A DNA stretch of 42,655 bases, from contig JBKPHO010000476.1 of assembly GCA_046729915.1 (NCBI GenBank), positions 1 to 42,655 on the forward strand. Direction: 5' to 3'. The notes under the pieces are model-generated. The model had not been told where the DNA came from, ran no database searches, and was given only the letters and a program-made list of their open reading frames with translations. Shown here in pieces: positions 7,593-13,991 of the stretch. Positions within the stretch are counted from its first letter, which is position 1, and each line of letters begins with the position of its first letter. Position numbers and translations under genes: made by a program. This DNA comes from Actinomycetota bacterium. Its GTDB lineage: Bacteria > Actinomycetota > Thermoleophilia > Gaiellales > Gaiellaceae.

Positions 7593-8633
7593 TCACTCGA
7601 CGACGACGCCGGCGCCCTCCTCGACGCGGCCGACCCGCCGGATGAACAGCCTGCGCGCCTCGAACTCGGCCTCCAGCGCTGGGGCGCGCTCCGCCGGGAT
7701 CGAGACGAGCAGGCCGCCGGCCGTCTGCGGGTCGTAGCCGAGCGCCACGAATGTCTCGGGCACCGGGGGGCCGAGCTCCACGTGAGGACCGGCGAAGTCG
7801 CGGTTGCGCGGGTCGCCGCTCGTGCGCACGCCGTGCCGGGCGATATCGAGCGCCCCGTCGATGGCGGGGAAGCGGGACGACTCGAGCCGGAGCCGGACGC
7901 CGCTTCGCTCGGCGACCTCGTGGGCGTGGCCGAAGAGGCCGAAGCCGGTCACGTCGGTGACGGCGCTCGGCTCGAAGCTGCGCAGCACGCCGGCCGCGGC
8001 GTCGTTCAGCGTCCGCATCCAGCGGATCGCCCGCTCGAGCTGCTGCGAGCCGGCCCGGCCCAGTTTGTAGCCGGTCATGATCAGGCCGGTGCCGAGGGGC
8101 TTGGTCAGGAAGATCACGTCCCCGGGCCGCGCGCCGTTCTTCGGCCAGATGCCCTGCGGGTGCACCGTCCCGACGACCGCGAGGCCATATTTCGGCTCGG
8201 CATCGCGGATGGTGTGGCCGCCCGCGAGCAGCCCGCCCGCTGCACGCACCTGCGCGTCTGCAGCCGCGAAGATCTGGGCCAGCATCTCCATCGGCAGCTC
8301 CTCGGGGAAGGCAGCGATCGAGAGCGCGAGCAACGGCGTGCCGCCCATCGCGAAGACGTCGTTGAGCGCGTTCGTCGCAGCGATCGCGCCGTAGTCGGCG
8401 GGGTCGTCGACGACCGGTGGGAAGAAGTCGAGCGTGAAGATCAGCGCCCGTTCCTCGTCGAGCCGGTAGACCGCGGCGTCGTCGGCAGGCGCGAGGCCGA
8501 CGAGCAGGTCTTCCGCCTCGGCGGGCACGAAGCCCGCGAGCAACTGCTCGAGCCGTGCCGCCGAGTACTTCGCGGCGCAACCGCCGCAGGACGCCAGATC
8601 GGTGAGCTTGACGGTGCCGGTGTTTAGATCCAC
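7593..8633 (-). CDS. selD: Selenide, water dikinase (selenophosphate synthetase), Cys-type
   Basis: 'LTDLASCGGCAAKYS' is the glycine-rich N-terminal loop, with Cys three residues before the catalytic Lys. PurM/AIR-synthase-like fold motifs ('DDAAVY', 'TLDFFPP', 'ATNALNDVFAMGG', 'GGHTI') are present. There is no in-frame TGA. Confidence 0.9.
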   Translation of the reverse strand: MDLNTGTVKLTDLASCGGCAAKYSAARLEQLLAGFVPAEAEDLLVGLAPADDAAVYRLDEERALIFTLDFFPPVVDDPADYGAIAATNALNDVFAMGGTPLLALSIAAFPEELPMEMLAQIFAAADAQVRAAGGLLAGGHTIRDAEPKYGLAVVGTVHPQGIWPKNGARPGDVIFLTKPLGTGLIMTGYKLGRAGSQQLERAIRWMRTLNDAAAGVLRSFEPSAVTDVTGFGLFGHAHEVAERSGVRLRLESSRFPAIDGALDIARHGVRTSGDPRNRDFAGPHVELGPPVPETFVALGYDPQTAGGLLVSIPAERAPALEAEFEARRLFIRRVGRVEEGAGVVVE

Positions 8634-8825
8634 AGCGGCTTCCCCCCCGCAATTGGTCTCGGGAACTGTAGGGGTGGTTCGGGCTTTCGTCCATCTACGA
8701 CGAGGGCCCTGCCCGTATTCCCGTTGGAGGCGCGCGACGGCGGCCGGAGCCGCCGTCGCTTGGGGAGAGGAGGAGCTTTGGTGCGCCTCCCCGTTCGTGC
8801 CGATCGGCTCGATTCCTGCCGCCGG

Positions 8826-9713
8826 TCAGAGCAGCTTTGCGCGCACGGCAGCACCGAGCTCGCTCGCCGAGACCGAGCCTTCGAACTTCGCCTTGATCCG
8901 GCCGTCGCGCCCGACGAGGAACACCCACGGCTCGGTGCGAAGGCCCCACTGGCGCATCCAGCGGTTGTAGCCGCGCTGCGGGTTGTTGTCGCGGAAGACC
9001 TCGACGTGGATGAACCGGACGCCCCGCGGCGCGAAGCGCTTCCGGACCGCCTCCATCACGTCCACGACCGGCCCGCACGTGCGGCTGGTGCAGAACTTCG
9101 GCGTCGCGAACGTGACCACGAACGGCTTGTGCGCGGCCAACGAGCCCGCGATCGAATAGCGCAGCAGCGGCAGGTCGGGCGGCCGGCTCGTGGTGATGCG
9201 CGCCGCCGCCGCCGTGGCGAGCGTCGGCGTCGCCGAGCGTGGAGCCCTGGCGCCGACGGCCCGGCTACTGGCGTGCGCGGTCACGTCCAGCACGCCGACC
9301 GCCTGGATCCTGGCGCCTGCCGGCTGCGCGACGAGCCAGTAGCGGCCGGGCCGCCGAAGTTTGAGCTGCGCGACGAAGATGCGGGTCACGCCGCCGAAGG
9401 CCGCCTCGGAGCGACCGGGAATCCCGATCGGCTCGAGGCGCGCGGTCGCGCGAGCGAACGGGGTGCCCGCCCGGCTCTTGGCGACCCAGACGGAAGCCGT
9501 GGGCCGGTACACCGGCCTCGCGTCGTTTCTGATCACGAGGAACGGGTACCGAACGTCGCCGGCCACGAACTCGGAAGCACCCGCCGTGACGGCGACGTCC
9601 GGCCCGGGCCGCTTCAGGATCGATTCCAGCGTGGCGCCCCTTGACGTGGCGGACCCGCCGCAACCGGCGCAGAGAGCCGATGCCGCGAGGAGAACGGCGA
9701 AAACCCGGCCCAC
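8826..9713 (-). CDS. Lipoprotein with a C-terminal thioredoxin-fold (redoxin/SCO-like) domain
   Basis: Lipobox 'LAASALCAGCGG'. C-terminal 'FVVTFATPKFCTSRTCGPVVD...WVFLVGRDGRIKAKFEG' resembles thiol-disulfide oxidoreductase folds. Confidence 0.7.
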   Translation of the reverse strand: MGRVFAVLLAASALCAGCGGSATSRGATLESILKRPGPDVAVTAGASEFVAGDVRYPFLVIRNDARPVYRPTASVWVAKSRAGTPFARATARLEPIGIPGRSEAAFGGVTRIFVAQLKLRRPGRYWLVAQPAGARIQAVGVLDVTAHASSRAVGARAPRSATPTLATAAAARITTSRPPDLPLLRYSIAGSLAAHKPFVVTFATPKFCTSRTCGPVVDVMEAVRKRFAPRGVRFIHVEVFRDNNPQRGYNRWMRQWGLRTEPWVFLVGRDGRIKAKFEGSVSASELGAAVRAKLL

Positions 9714-9804
9714 GGGCCGAGTCTAGCTACGCCTACCTCCCTGGCTCGGGCGAAGCCGGGAACGAGAACCGCAGAGCAGGAGCGCGGCTCGACTCATGCC
9801 GACT

Positions 9805-9831
9805 GCGTTCGGAGCCCCCCGCTCCGAACGC
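9805..9831 (-). terminator. 11-bp perfect hairpin 13 nt downstream of the 41-codon ORF
   Basis: GCGTTCGGAGC-ccccc-GCTCCGAACGC. There is no U-tract, as is common for high-GC actinobacterial terminators. A mutually exclusive alternative stem CCGAAC/GTTCGG (9824..9842) also exists. Confidence 0.6.
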
Positions 9832-9843
9832 GCCTGGTTCGGT

Positions 9844-9969
9844 CTAGTGCCCGTCGAACCAGCTGCCCGGATGGCCGAGGAGGCATCCGAGGCCGTGCGC
9901 GGCGCCCTGGAGGGAGAAGGCCAGCAGGGAGAGGGAGACCGTCAGCGAGATCAGGCGTGCCTTGTTCAT
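9844..9969 (-). CDS. Unannotated 41-aa small ORF: secreted pro-peptide candidate MNKARLISLTVSLSLLAFSLQGAAHGLGCLLGHPGSWFDGH
   Basis: Hand translation of the minus strand. SD GAAGGAGGTG lies 4 nt before the ATG. About 38 of 40 codons end in G/C, matching genome coding bias. N-terminus is signal-like (n-region MNKAR, a 15-aa hydrophobic core, then an AxA-like GAAHG). It starts 19 nt after the regulator stop and is followed by a hairpin. It falls below the 60-aa cutoff of the supplied track. Confidence 0.7.
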   Translation of the reverse strand: MNKARLISLTVSLSLLAFSLQGAAHGLGCLLGHPGSWFDGH

Positions 9970-9988
9970 CGTCACCTCCTTCGTCGGC

Positions 9989-11338
9989 TTAGAAGCGGAC
10001 ATCCTGTAGGGCTTCGGCAGCCTTTCGATACAGGCGTGCCGCAGTAGCGTCCTCGCCGCGGCGGGCGGCGAGATCGCCTTGTGCCATCCACGCGGCGGCG
10101 CGATGGCTGATCGATTCCAGCTGCTCTGCGCTTGCCTCGGCGGTGCGCAGCATCTGCTGCGCCTCGTCGAGGCGACCCTGCTCCATCAAGGCGCGGCCCA
10201 GCACGAGCTGGGTCGGCGCGATGTCGAGCAGGAAGTCTTCGCGGCCCTCGAGGAGCTCGAGCGCGTGACGCGCCTCCTCTTCTGCCGACTCCACCTGGCC
10301 GGTCGCCAGGTGCACGTGTGCGAGAGACGAGACCACGTTGGCGGCCTCGGCGTCGCTGCCCTTGTCGAGCAGGACGCGGTAGGCGTTCTTCAGGTCCTCG
10401 ACCGCCCGCTCGGGCTTGCCGAGCTGGAAGTTGAGGCCACCCAGGTTGTTCAAAAGCCGGCCGACGTTTCGCTCGTCGTTCAGCTGCTCGTAGTAGGCCT
10501 TGGCGCGCTCGGCGTAACTGCGCGCGAGAACCCAGTGGCCCATTCGCTCGGAGACGAGCGAGGCCTGGAAGTAGACATTGGCCATCGTCCGGTGGTCGTC
10601 GAGCGCCTGCGCCAGCTCGAGCGCCCGCTCGACGTCCTCCCGCGCGGCCTCGAAGTCGCGCTGGCGGCGGTAGCAGCGCGAGCGCCAGCCGAGGATCTCG
10701 GAGCGCAGCAGGTCGCATGGAAGACCCGAGCCCTCCGCGAGCTTCAGCGCCTCGCTGAAGAGCGCGACAGCCGAGGCGATGCTGGAGAGGTGGTAACGGC
10801 AGACGCCCATGCGGAAGAGCACCTGCGCGCGGTCGACGTCCGAGAAGCCGGGGCCCTCGGTGATCGTGCGGCAGCGCTCCAGGAGCCGTAGGGCCGGCCG
10901 GAGCTCGCCGCGCTCCATCCGCGCCCACGCTTCCGTCTGGACCGCGCGGGCCTCGAGCTCGACCGCGCCGGTGGCCATCACGGCCGTGTGCGCGTTCTCA
11001 AGCTCCTCGATGGCTTCGTCGTACTGGTGCGCGTTGGCAAGGGCCTCCGCCCGGGCGAGCATGGCCTCGACTCTGCTGCGCTCGTCGGCGGAGACGCCGC
11101 GCTCGAGGAAGGCGGCGTCGACGCCGAGCTTGGCCGCCAGCCACTCGATCGTCTCGCGCGTGGGCCTGGTCTTCCCACGCTCGATCTGGCTGACGTACTC
11201 CTTCGAGAAGCGGTCGCCCGCGAGATCAGTCTGCGTCAGGCCTGCGGCGACGCGCAGCTGCCGGACCCGCTCGCCGAGGCGGGCGGATCCGAGGCGGCTG
11301 GTGGTGCGGGACTGGGCTGTTAGGGAGTCTTTGGGCAC
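9989..11338 (-). CDS. XRE-family HTH transcriptional regulator with a large TPR domain (PlcR/NprR-like architecture)
   Basis: N-terminal 'LGERVRQLRVAAGLTQTDLAGDRFSKEYVSQIERGKTRPTRETIEWLAAKLGV' is an HTH_XRE. The remaining ~370 aa consist of repeated 34-residue A/L/Y-rich helical pairs (e.g. 'ANVYFQASLVSERMGHWVLARSYAERAKAYYEQL', 'GRLLNNLGGLNFQLGKPERAVEDLKNAYRVL'). Confidence 0.85.
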   Translation of the reverse strand: MPKDSLTAQSRTTSRLGSARLGERVRQLRVAAGLTQTDLAGDRFSKEYVSQIERGKTRPTRETIEWLAAKLGVDAAFLERGVSADERSRVEAMLARAEALANAHQYDEAIEELENAHTAVMATGAVELEARAVQTEAWARMERGELRPALRLLERCRTITEGPGFSDVDRAQVLFRMGVCRYHLSSIASAVALFSEALKLAEGSGLPCDLLRSEILGWRSRCYRRQRDFEAAREDVERALELAQALDDHRTMANVYFQASLVSERMGHWVLARSYAERAKAYYEQLNDERNVGRLLNNLGGLNFQLGKPERAVEDLKNAYRVLLDKGSDAEAANVVSSLAHVHLATGQVESAEEEARHALELLEGREDFLLDIAPTQLVLGRALMEQGRLDEAQQMLRTAEASAEQLESISHRAAAWMAQGDLAARRGEDATAARLYRKAAEALQDVRF

Positions 11339-11351
11339 GAAACGCTCGCGG

Positions 11352-11377
11352 CGAAGTCAAACGCATACTTGACTTCG
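11352..11377. promoter_or_regulatory. Perfect 9-N8-9 palindrome CGAAGTCAA-acgcatac-TTGACTTCG, a candidate operator upstream of the XRE-TPR gene
   Basis: Read directly from the sequence. It lies 14-39 nt upstream of the regulator GTG (11338). The ACTTGAC half-site recurs at 11458..11464 and 11471..11477. Confidence 0.6.
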
Positions 11378-11472
11378 GCGCAAGTGCGGTTGGGCTATAT
11401 CCCCCAAAAAGGGCATGTCCGAGCCGCAAACAGGGTGAACTGGCCGGTCTGAAAATCACTTGACCGAGTTAC

Positions 11473-11501
11473 TTGACTCCCGCTTTGGCCACGTCTATAT
11501 T
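11473..11501 (+). promoter_or_regulatory. Near-consensus sigma-70-type promoter (TTGACT-17 nt-TATATT)
   Basis: -35 TTGACT at 11473..11478, an exact 17-nt spacer, and -10 TATATT at 11496..11501. This stands out in a very GC-rich genome. Expected TSS is near 11508. Confidence 0.65.
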
Positions 11502-11507
11502 GCGACC

Positions 11508-11684
11508 ACCTTGCACCCAGCCGGACGCCAGGCTTACGGGATGCAAGGGGCGCGCCAGAGACGGCGACACATGGCCCGGAGGTAGTGGCTGGGCCGCAGA
11601 GCCAAGGCCTCCGGGTCGTCGCCTCTCAGGAAAGGCCCGCAAAAATCACAAAGCCCCCCGAGCCGCAGCGGGGGGCTTTTCTCT
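11508..11684 (+). ncRNA. Candidate ~175-nt structured small RNA of unknown class
   Basis: Bounded by the promoter above and an intrinsic terminator. Internal helices: CCTTGCA/TGCAAGG; GGCGAC...CCCGGAGG...CCTCCGGG..GTCGCC with an inner GGCT/AGCC; then an A-rich single-stranded stretch. No plausible ORF and no downstream plus-strand gene. Confidence 0.5.
11651..11684. terminator. Rho-independent terminator, potentially bidirectional
   Basis: AAGCCCCCCG-agccgcag-CGGGGGGCTT followed by TTCTCT on the plus strand. It is preceded by GCAAAAATCACAAAG, which gives a T-rich tail on the minus strand. A second hairpin CCGGGGGAA-tccctgg-TTCCCCCGG follows at 11687..11711. Confidence 0.7.
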
Positions 11685-11865
11685 GTCCGGGGGAATCCCT
11701 GGTTCCCCCGGATGACCCCTCCTTGCCAGCGGCCCTGCAGCCCTTGCGTCCAGGAGCCGGCGCTTGGATCCGAGACTTCGTTCGTTCTTGTCGTTGTGTG
11801 CCTCCCGCCGAGCAAAGCTCGGCTCCGGCGGCCGGCCTGGGCGCCCCAAGTTGACGTTGGCTCTG

Positions 11866-12468
11866 CTAGGCCGGGCTGCCTGTCATCCACTCGCGGCGGG
11901 AAGCCACGACGTCATCGAACTCCGCGCCGACCAGGGTGCCGAGGCGGCGGTCGATTGTGGTGAGGAGGCCTAGGGAGATGAAGATCCACGCTTCGGCGTC
12001 TGGGTCTCGCTCCGGCAGGATGCCGCCGCTGTCCTGGGCGCGGCGGATGACCCCGGCGACGAAGTCGTGGACCTCGCGCACCTGTTCGCGCAGGCCCCGG
12101 CGGATCTCCGGGTCGTCCGCCGCCTCGCTCAGCGCCTGAATCCAGAGGTCGACCATGATCACGCGGTCGGCGGCACGCGCCTGGAGGTACGTCTTGCCGA
12201 GCGTCCCGAGCGAGGCGGCCGGGTCGGGCTCGCGCTCGAGCGCCTCCTCCCAGAGCCCGCGGAGCCGCTCCCAGGACGCCGCGAGGCAAGCGAGGTAGAG
12301 CTCGCGCTTGGAGGAGAAATGGCGGTAGAGCACCGGCTCGGTGACGCCCGTCTCGCGGGCGATCTGCGCGGTCGTCGAGCCGTGGTAGCTGCTCTTCGAG
12401 AAGACGCGGCTGGCGGTCTCGACCACCGCGGCCCGCCGTTCGGGACCCGACAGCCTGGTACTACTCAT
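11866..12468 (-). CDS. TetR/AcrR family transcriptional regulator
   Basis: 'AAVVETASRVFSKSSYHGSTTAQIARETGVTEPVLYRHFSSKRELY' is a TetR_N HTH. The ATG overlaps the MFS gene stop (ATGA). The 627-aa track ORF is an artefactual extension. Confidence 0.85.
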   Translation of the reverse strand: MSSTRLSGPERRAAVVETASRVFSKSSYHGSTTAQIARETGVTEPVLYRHFSSKRELYLACLAASWERLRGLWEEALEREPDPAASLGTLGKTYLQARAADRVIMVDLWIQALSEAADDPEIRRGLREQVREVHDFVAGVIRRAQDSGGILPERDPDAEAWIFISLGLLTTIDRRLGTLVGAEFDDVVASRREWMTGSPA

Positions 12469-13904
12469 GCGCCGACCTCCACCGGCTGGCCGGAGTCGGC
12501 GTGCCGGTACCTGCGCACGAGCACCGCGGCCGCGATCGCGGCGCCGAAGCAGATCGCCGCGCTCACGCGCATGCCGAAGGTGAGCCCGTCCACGAACGCC
12601 TGCGGCGGCGAAGCGCCCCCGCGGGCGGAGGCCGCGGCCCGCTCGGTGATGATCGCGCCGGTGACTGCGATGCCGAGCGCGACGCCGACCTGGCGGAAGG
12701 TGTTCAGCACGCCCGAGGCGACTCCGGCCTTTTCGACCGGCGCAGCGCCCATCGCCGCGGCCGACATGGGCGTCATCACGAACGACATCCCGAGCCCGCC
12801 GAGCACGAACGCCGGGAGCATGTGCCAGAAGGTGGAGTGCAGCGTCACGGTGGAGAGCAGGAGGCAGCAGACCGCGACCACACTCATTCCCCCGGCCATC
12901 AGCCAGCGCGAGCCGACGCGGTCGGAGAGCTTGCCGGCGATCGGGGCGAAGACGACGATCATCAGCGTCCACGGCAGCAGTGCGGCGCCGGCCTGGATCG
13001 GTGACCAGCCACGGAACGTCTGCATGTAGATCGGGAAGAACACGAAGATCCCGAACATCGCGAGCGTGACGAGGATCGCGACGAGGTTGGCCCCGGCGAA
13101 CGTCCCGCTGCGGAACAGCGAGAGGTCGAGCATCGGCAGCCGCTGGTGCAGCTCGAGCAGGATGAACGTCACCAGGGCGACCGAGCCGATCGCGAACAGG
13201 CCGAGGATGCGCGCCGACGTCCAGCCGTACTGGTTCGCCTCGATCAGCGCGTAGACGATGGCCAGCAGCCCGATCCCCGACGAGAGCAGGCCTGGCAGGT
13301 CGAGCCGCTGTTCGTGGGAGGTATCCCTCGACTCGGGAACCACCAGCAGTGCCACGACGACGCCGATCGCGCCGATCGGGACGTTGACGTAGAAGATCCA
13401 GTTCCAGGAGACGTGCTCGGTGATGATCCCGCCGAGCAGCGGCCCGATCGCGAGCGCCATCGCGGAGACCCCGGCCCAGATCCCGATCGCCATGCCGCGC
13501 TCGCGGACCGCGAAGGTTGCGGAGATGATCGAGAGCGTCGCGGGCATCATCAGCGCCGCGCCGACTCCCTGGACGGCGCGGGCGGCGATCAGCTCGGTGC
13601 CGGTCGAGGAGAGGCCGCAGAAGAGCGAGGAGGCGGTGAAGACGATCAGCCCGATCACGAAGATGAGCCGGCGGCCGAGGAGATCGCCGAGCTTGCCGCC
13701 GGTGAGCAGCAGGGAGGCGAAGGTGAGCGCGTAGGCGGCAACCGTCCACTCGAGCTCGGCGCGGCTGATGCTGAGCTCACGCTGGATTGCCGGCAGCGCG
13801 ACGTTCACCACCGTGTTGTCGAGCATGATCATGAAGAGCGCGAAACACAGCGCTCCCAGCGTCCACCACTTCCTGTTCTGCTCCGCGAAGATCCTCGCCC
13901 GCAC
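12465..13904 (-). CDS. MFS transporter, DHA2/EmrB-like (14-TMS drug:H+ antiporter family)
   Basis: 'WWTLGALCFALFMIMLDNTVVNVALPAIQRELS...' and 'LLLTGGKLGDLLGRRLIF' are characteristic of DHA2-family motifs. 479 aa and highly hydrophobic. Confidence 0.85.
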   Translation of the reverse strand: MRARIFAEQNRKWWTLGALCFALFMIMLDNTVVNVALPAIQRELSISRAELEWTVAAYALTFASLLLTGGKLGDLLGRRLIFVIGLIVFTASSLFCGLSSTGTELIAARAVQGVGAALMMPATLSIISATFAVRERGMAIGIWAGVSAMALAIGPLLGGIITEHVSWNWIFYVNVPIGAIGVVVALLVVPESRDTSHEQRLDLPGLLSSGIGLLAIVYALIEANQYGWTSARILGLFAIGSVALVTFILLELHQRLPMLDLSLFRSGTFAGANLVAILVTLAMFGIFVFFPIYMQTFRGWSPIQAGAALLPWTLMIVVFAPIAGKLSDRVGSRWLMAGGMSVVAVCCLLLSTVTLHSTFWHMLPAFVLGGLGMSFVMTPMSAAAMGAAPVEKAGVASGVLNTFRQVGVALGIAVTGAIITERAAASARGGASPPQAFVDGLTFGMRVSAAICFGAAIAAAVLVRRYRHADSGQPVEVGA

Positions 13905-13924
13905 GCCTCTCCTCCCCCGTTTCG

Positions 13925-13945
13925 GACGACGCTAAGTTAGTCGTC
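13925..13945. promoter_or_regulatory. AT-enriched imperfect inverted repeat, a candidate TetR operator
   Basis: GACGAC-gCTAAgTTAG-TCGTC lies in the 87-nt gap between the divergent MFS and acyl-CoA synthetase genes. ACTAG-containing repeats lie nearby (13946..13975). Confidence 0.3.
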
Positions 13946-13991
13946 ACTAGGTTAGGGGCCACTAGCTAAGGCGTCAAGTTACGCTTGGCCC

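Noticed and set aside
7593-8633. Possibility that selD itself encodes selenocysteine (an in-frame TGA in the N-terminal loop).
   Set aside because: The ORF is uninterrupted, and the loop reads SCGGCAAK with a TGC Cys codon at the position three residues before the Lys. This is a Cys-type SelD.
8634-8825. Possible tRNA-Sec, SECIS element or other selenium-related RNA in the 190-nt region upstream of selD.
   Set aside because: No cloverleaf is present and no T-loop GGTTCGAAT-type motif occurs in a proper context. The only feature is a 9-bp hairpin GACGGCGGC-cgga-GCCGCCGTC (8739..8760), which is most simply the terminator of the upstream lipoprotein gene.
9796-10047. 83-aa plus-strand track ORF overlapping the 41-codon minus-strand ORF.
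   Set aside because: It is antisense to the small ORF and to the 3' end of the regulator gene, has no SD and has a low-complexity sequence. The minus-strand reading has the SD, the codon bias and the terminator.
11615-11640. 'TCAGGAAAGGCCCGC' resembling the RNase P RNA 'GAGGAAAGUCCGGGC' box or an SRP RNA motif.
   Set aside because: The match is imperfect. The surrounding ~175 nt is too short for RNase P RNA and lacks its other conserved elements. The SRP domain IV motif is not present either.
11473-11715. Track ORFs inside the candidate sRNA region (11473..11715+, 11585..11854+, 11534..11890-, 11646..11849-).
   Set aside because: They have no SD, poor GC3 periodicity and Arg/Pro/Gly-rich low-complexity translations. 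They also run through the terminator hairpin, so non-coding RNA is the better explanation.
11712-11963. Cys-rich 83-aa ORF (MTPPCQRPCSPCVQEP...) downstream of the terminator.
   Set aside because: It has no SD and only moderate GC3. Its 3' third overlaps the well-supported TetR gene on the opposite strand, so it is likely spurious.
13946-13975. ACTAG-containing direct repeats (cACTAGgtTAGG / cACTAGcTAAGG) as a separate regulatory element.
   Set aside because: The repeats are short and imperfect, and lie within the same AT-enriched divergent promoter region as the candidate TetR operator. The evidence is insufficient to call them independently.
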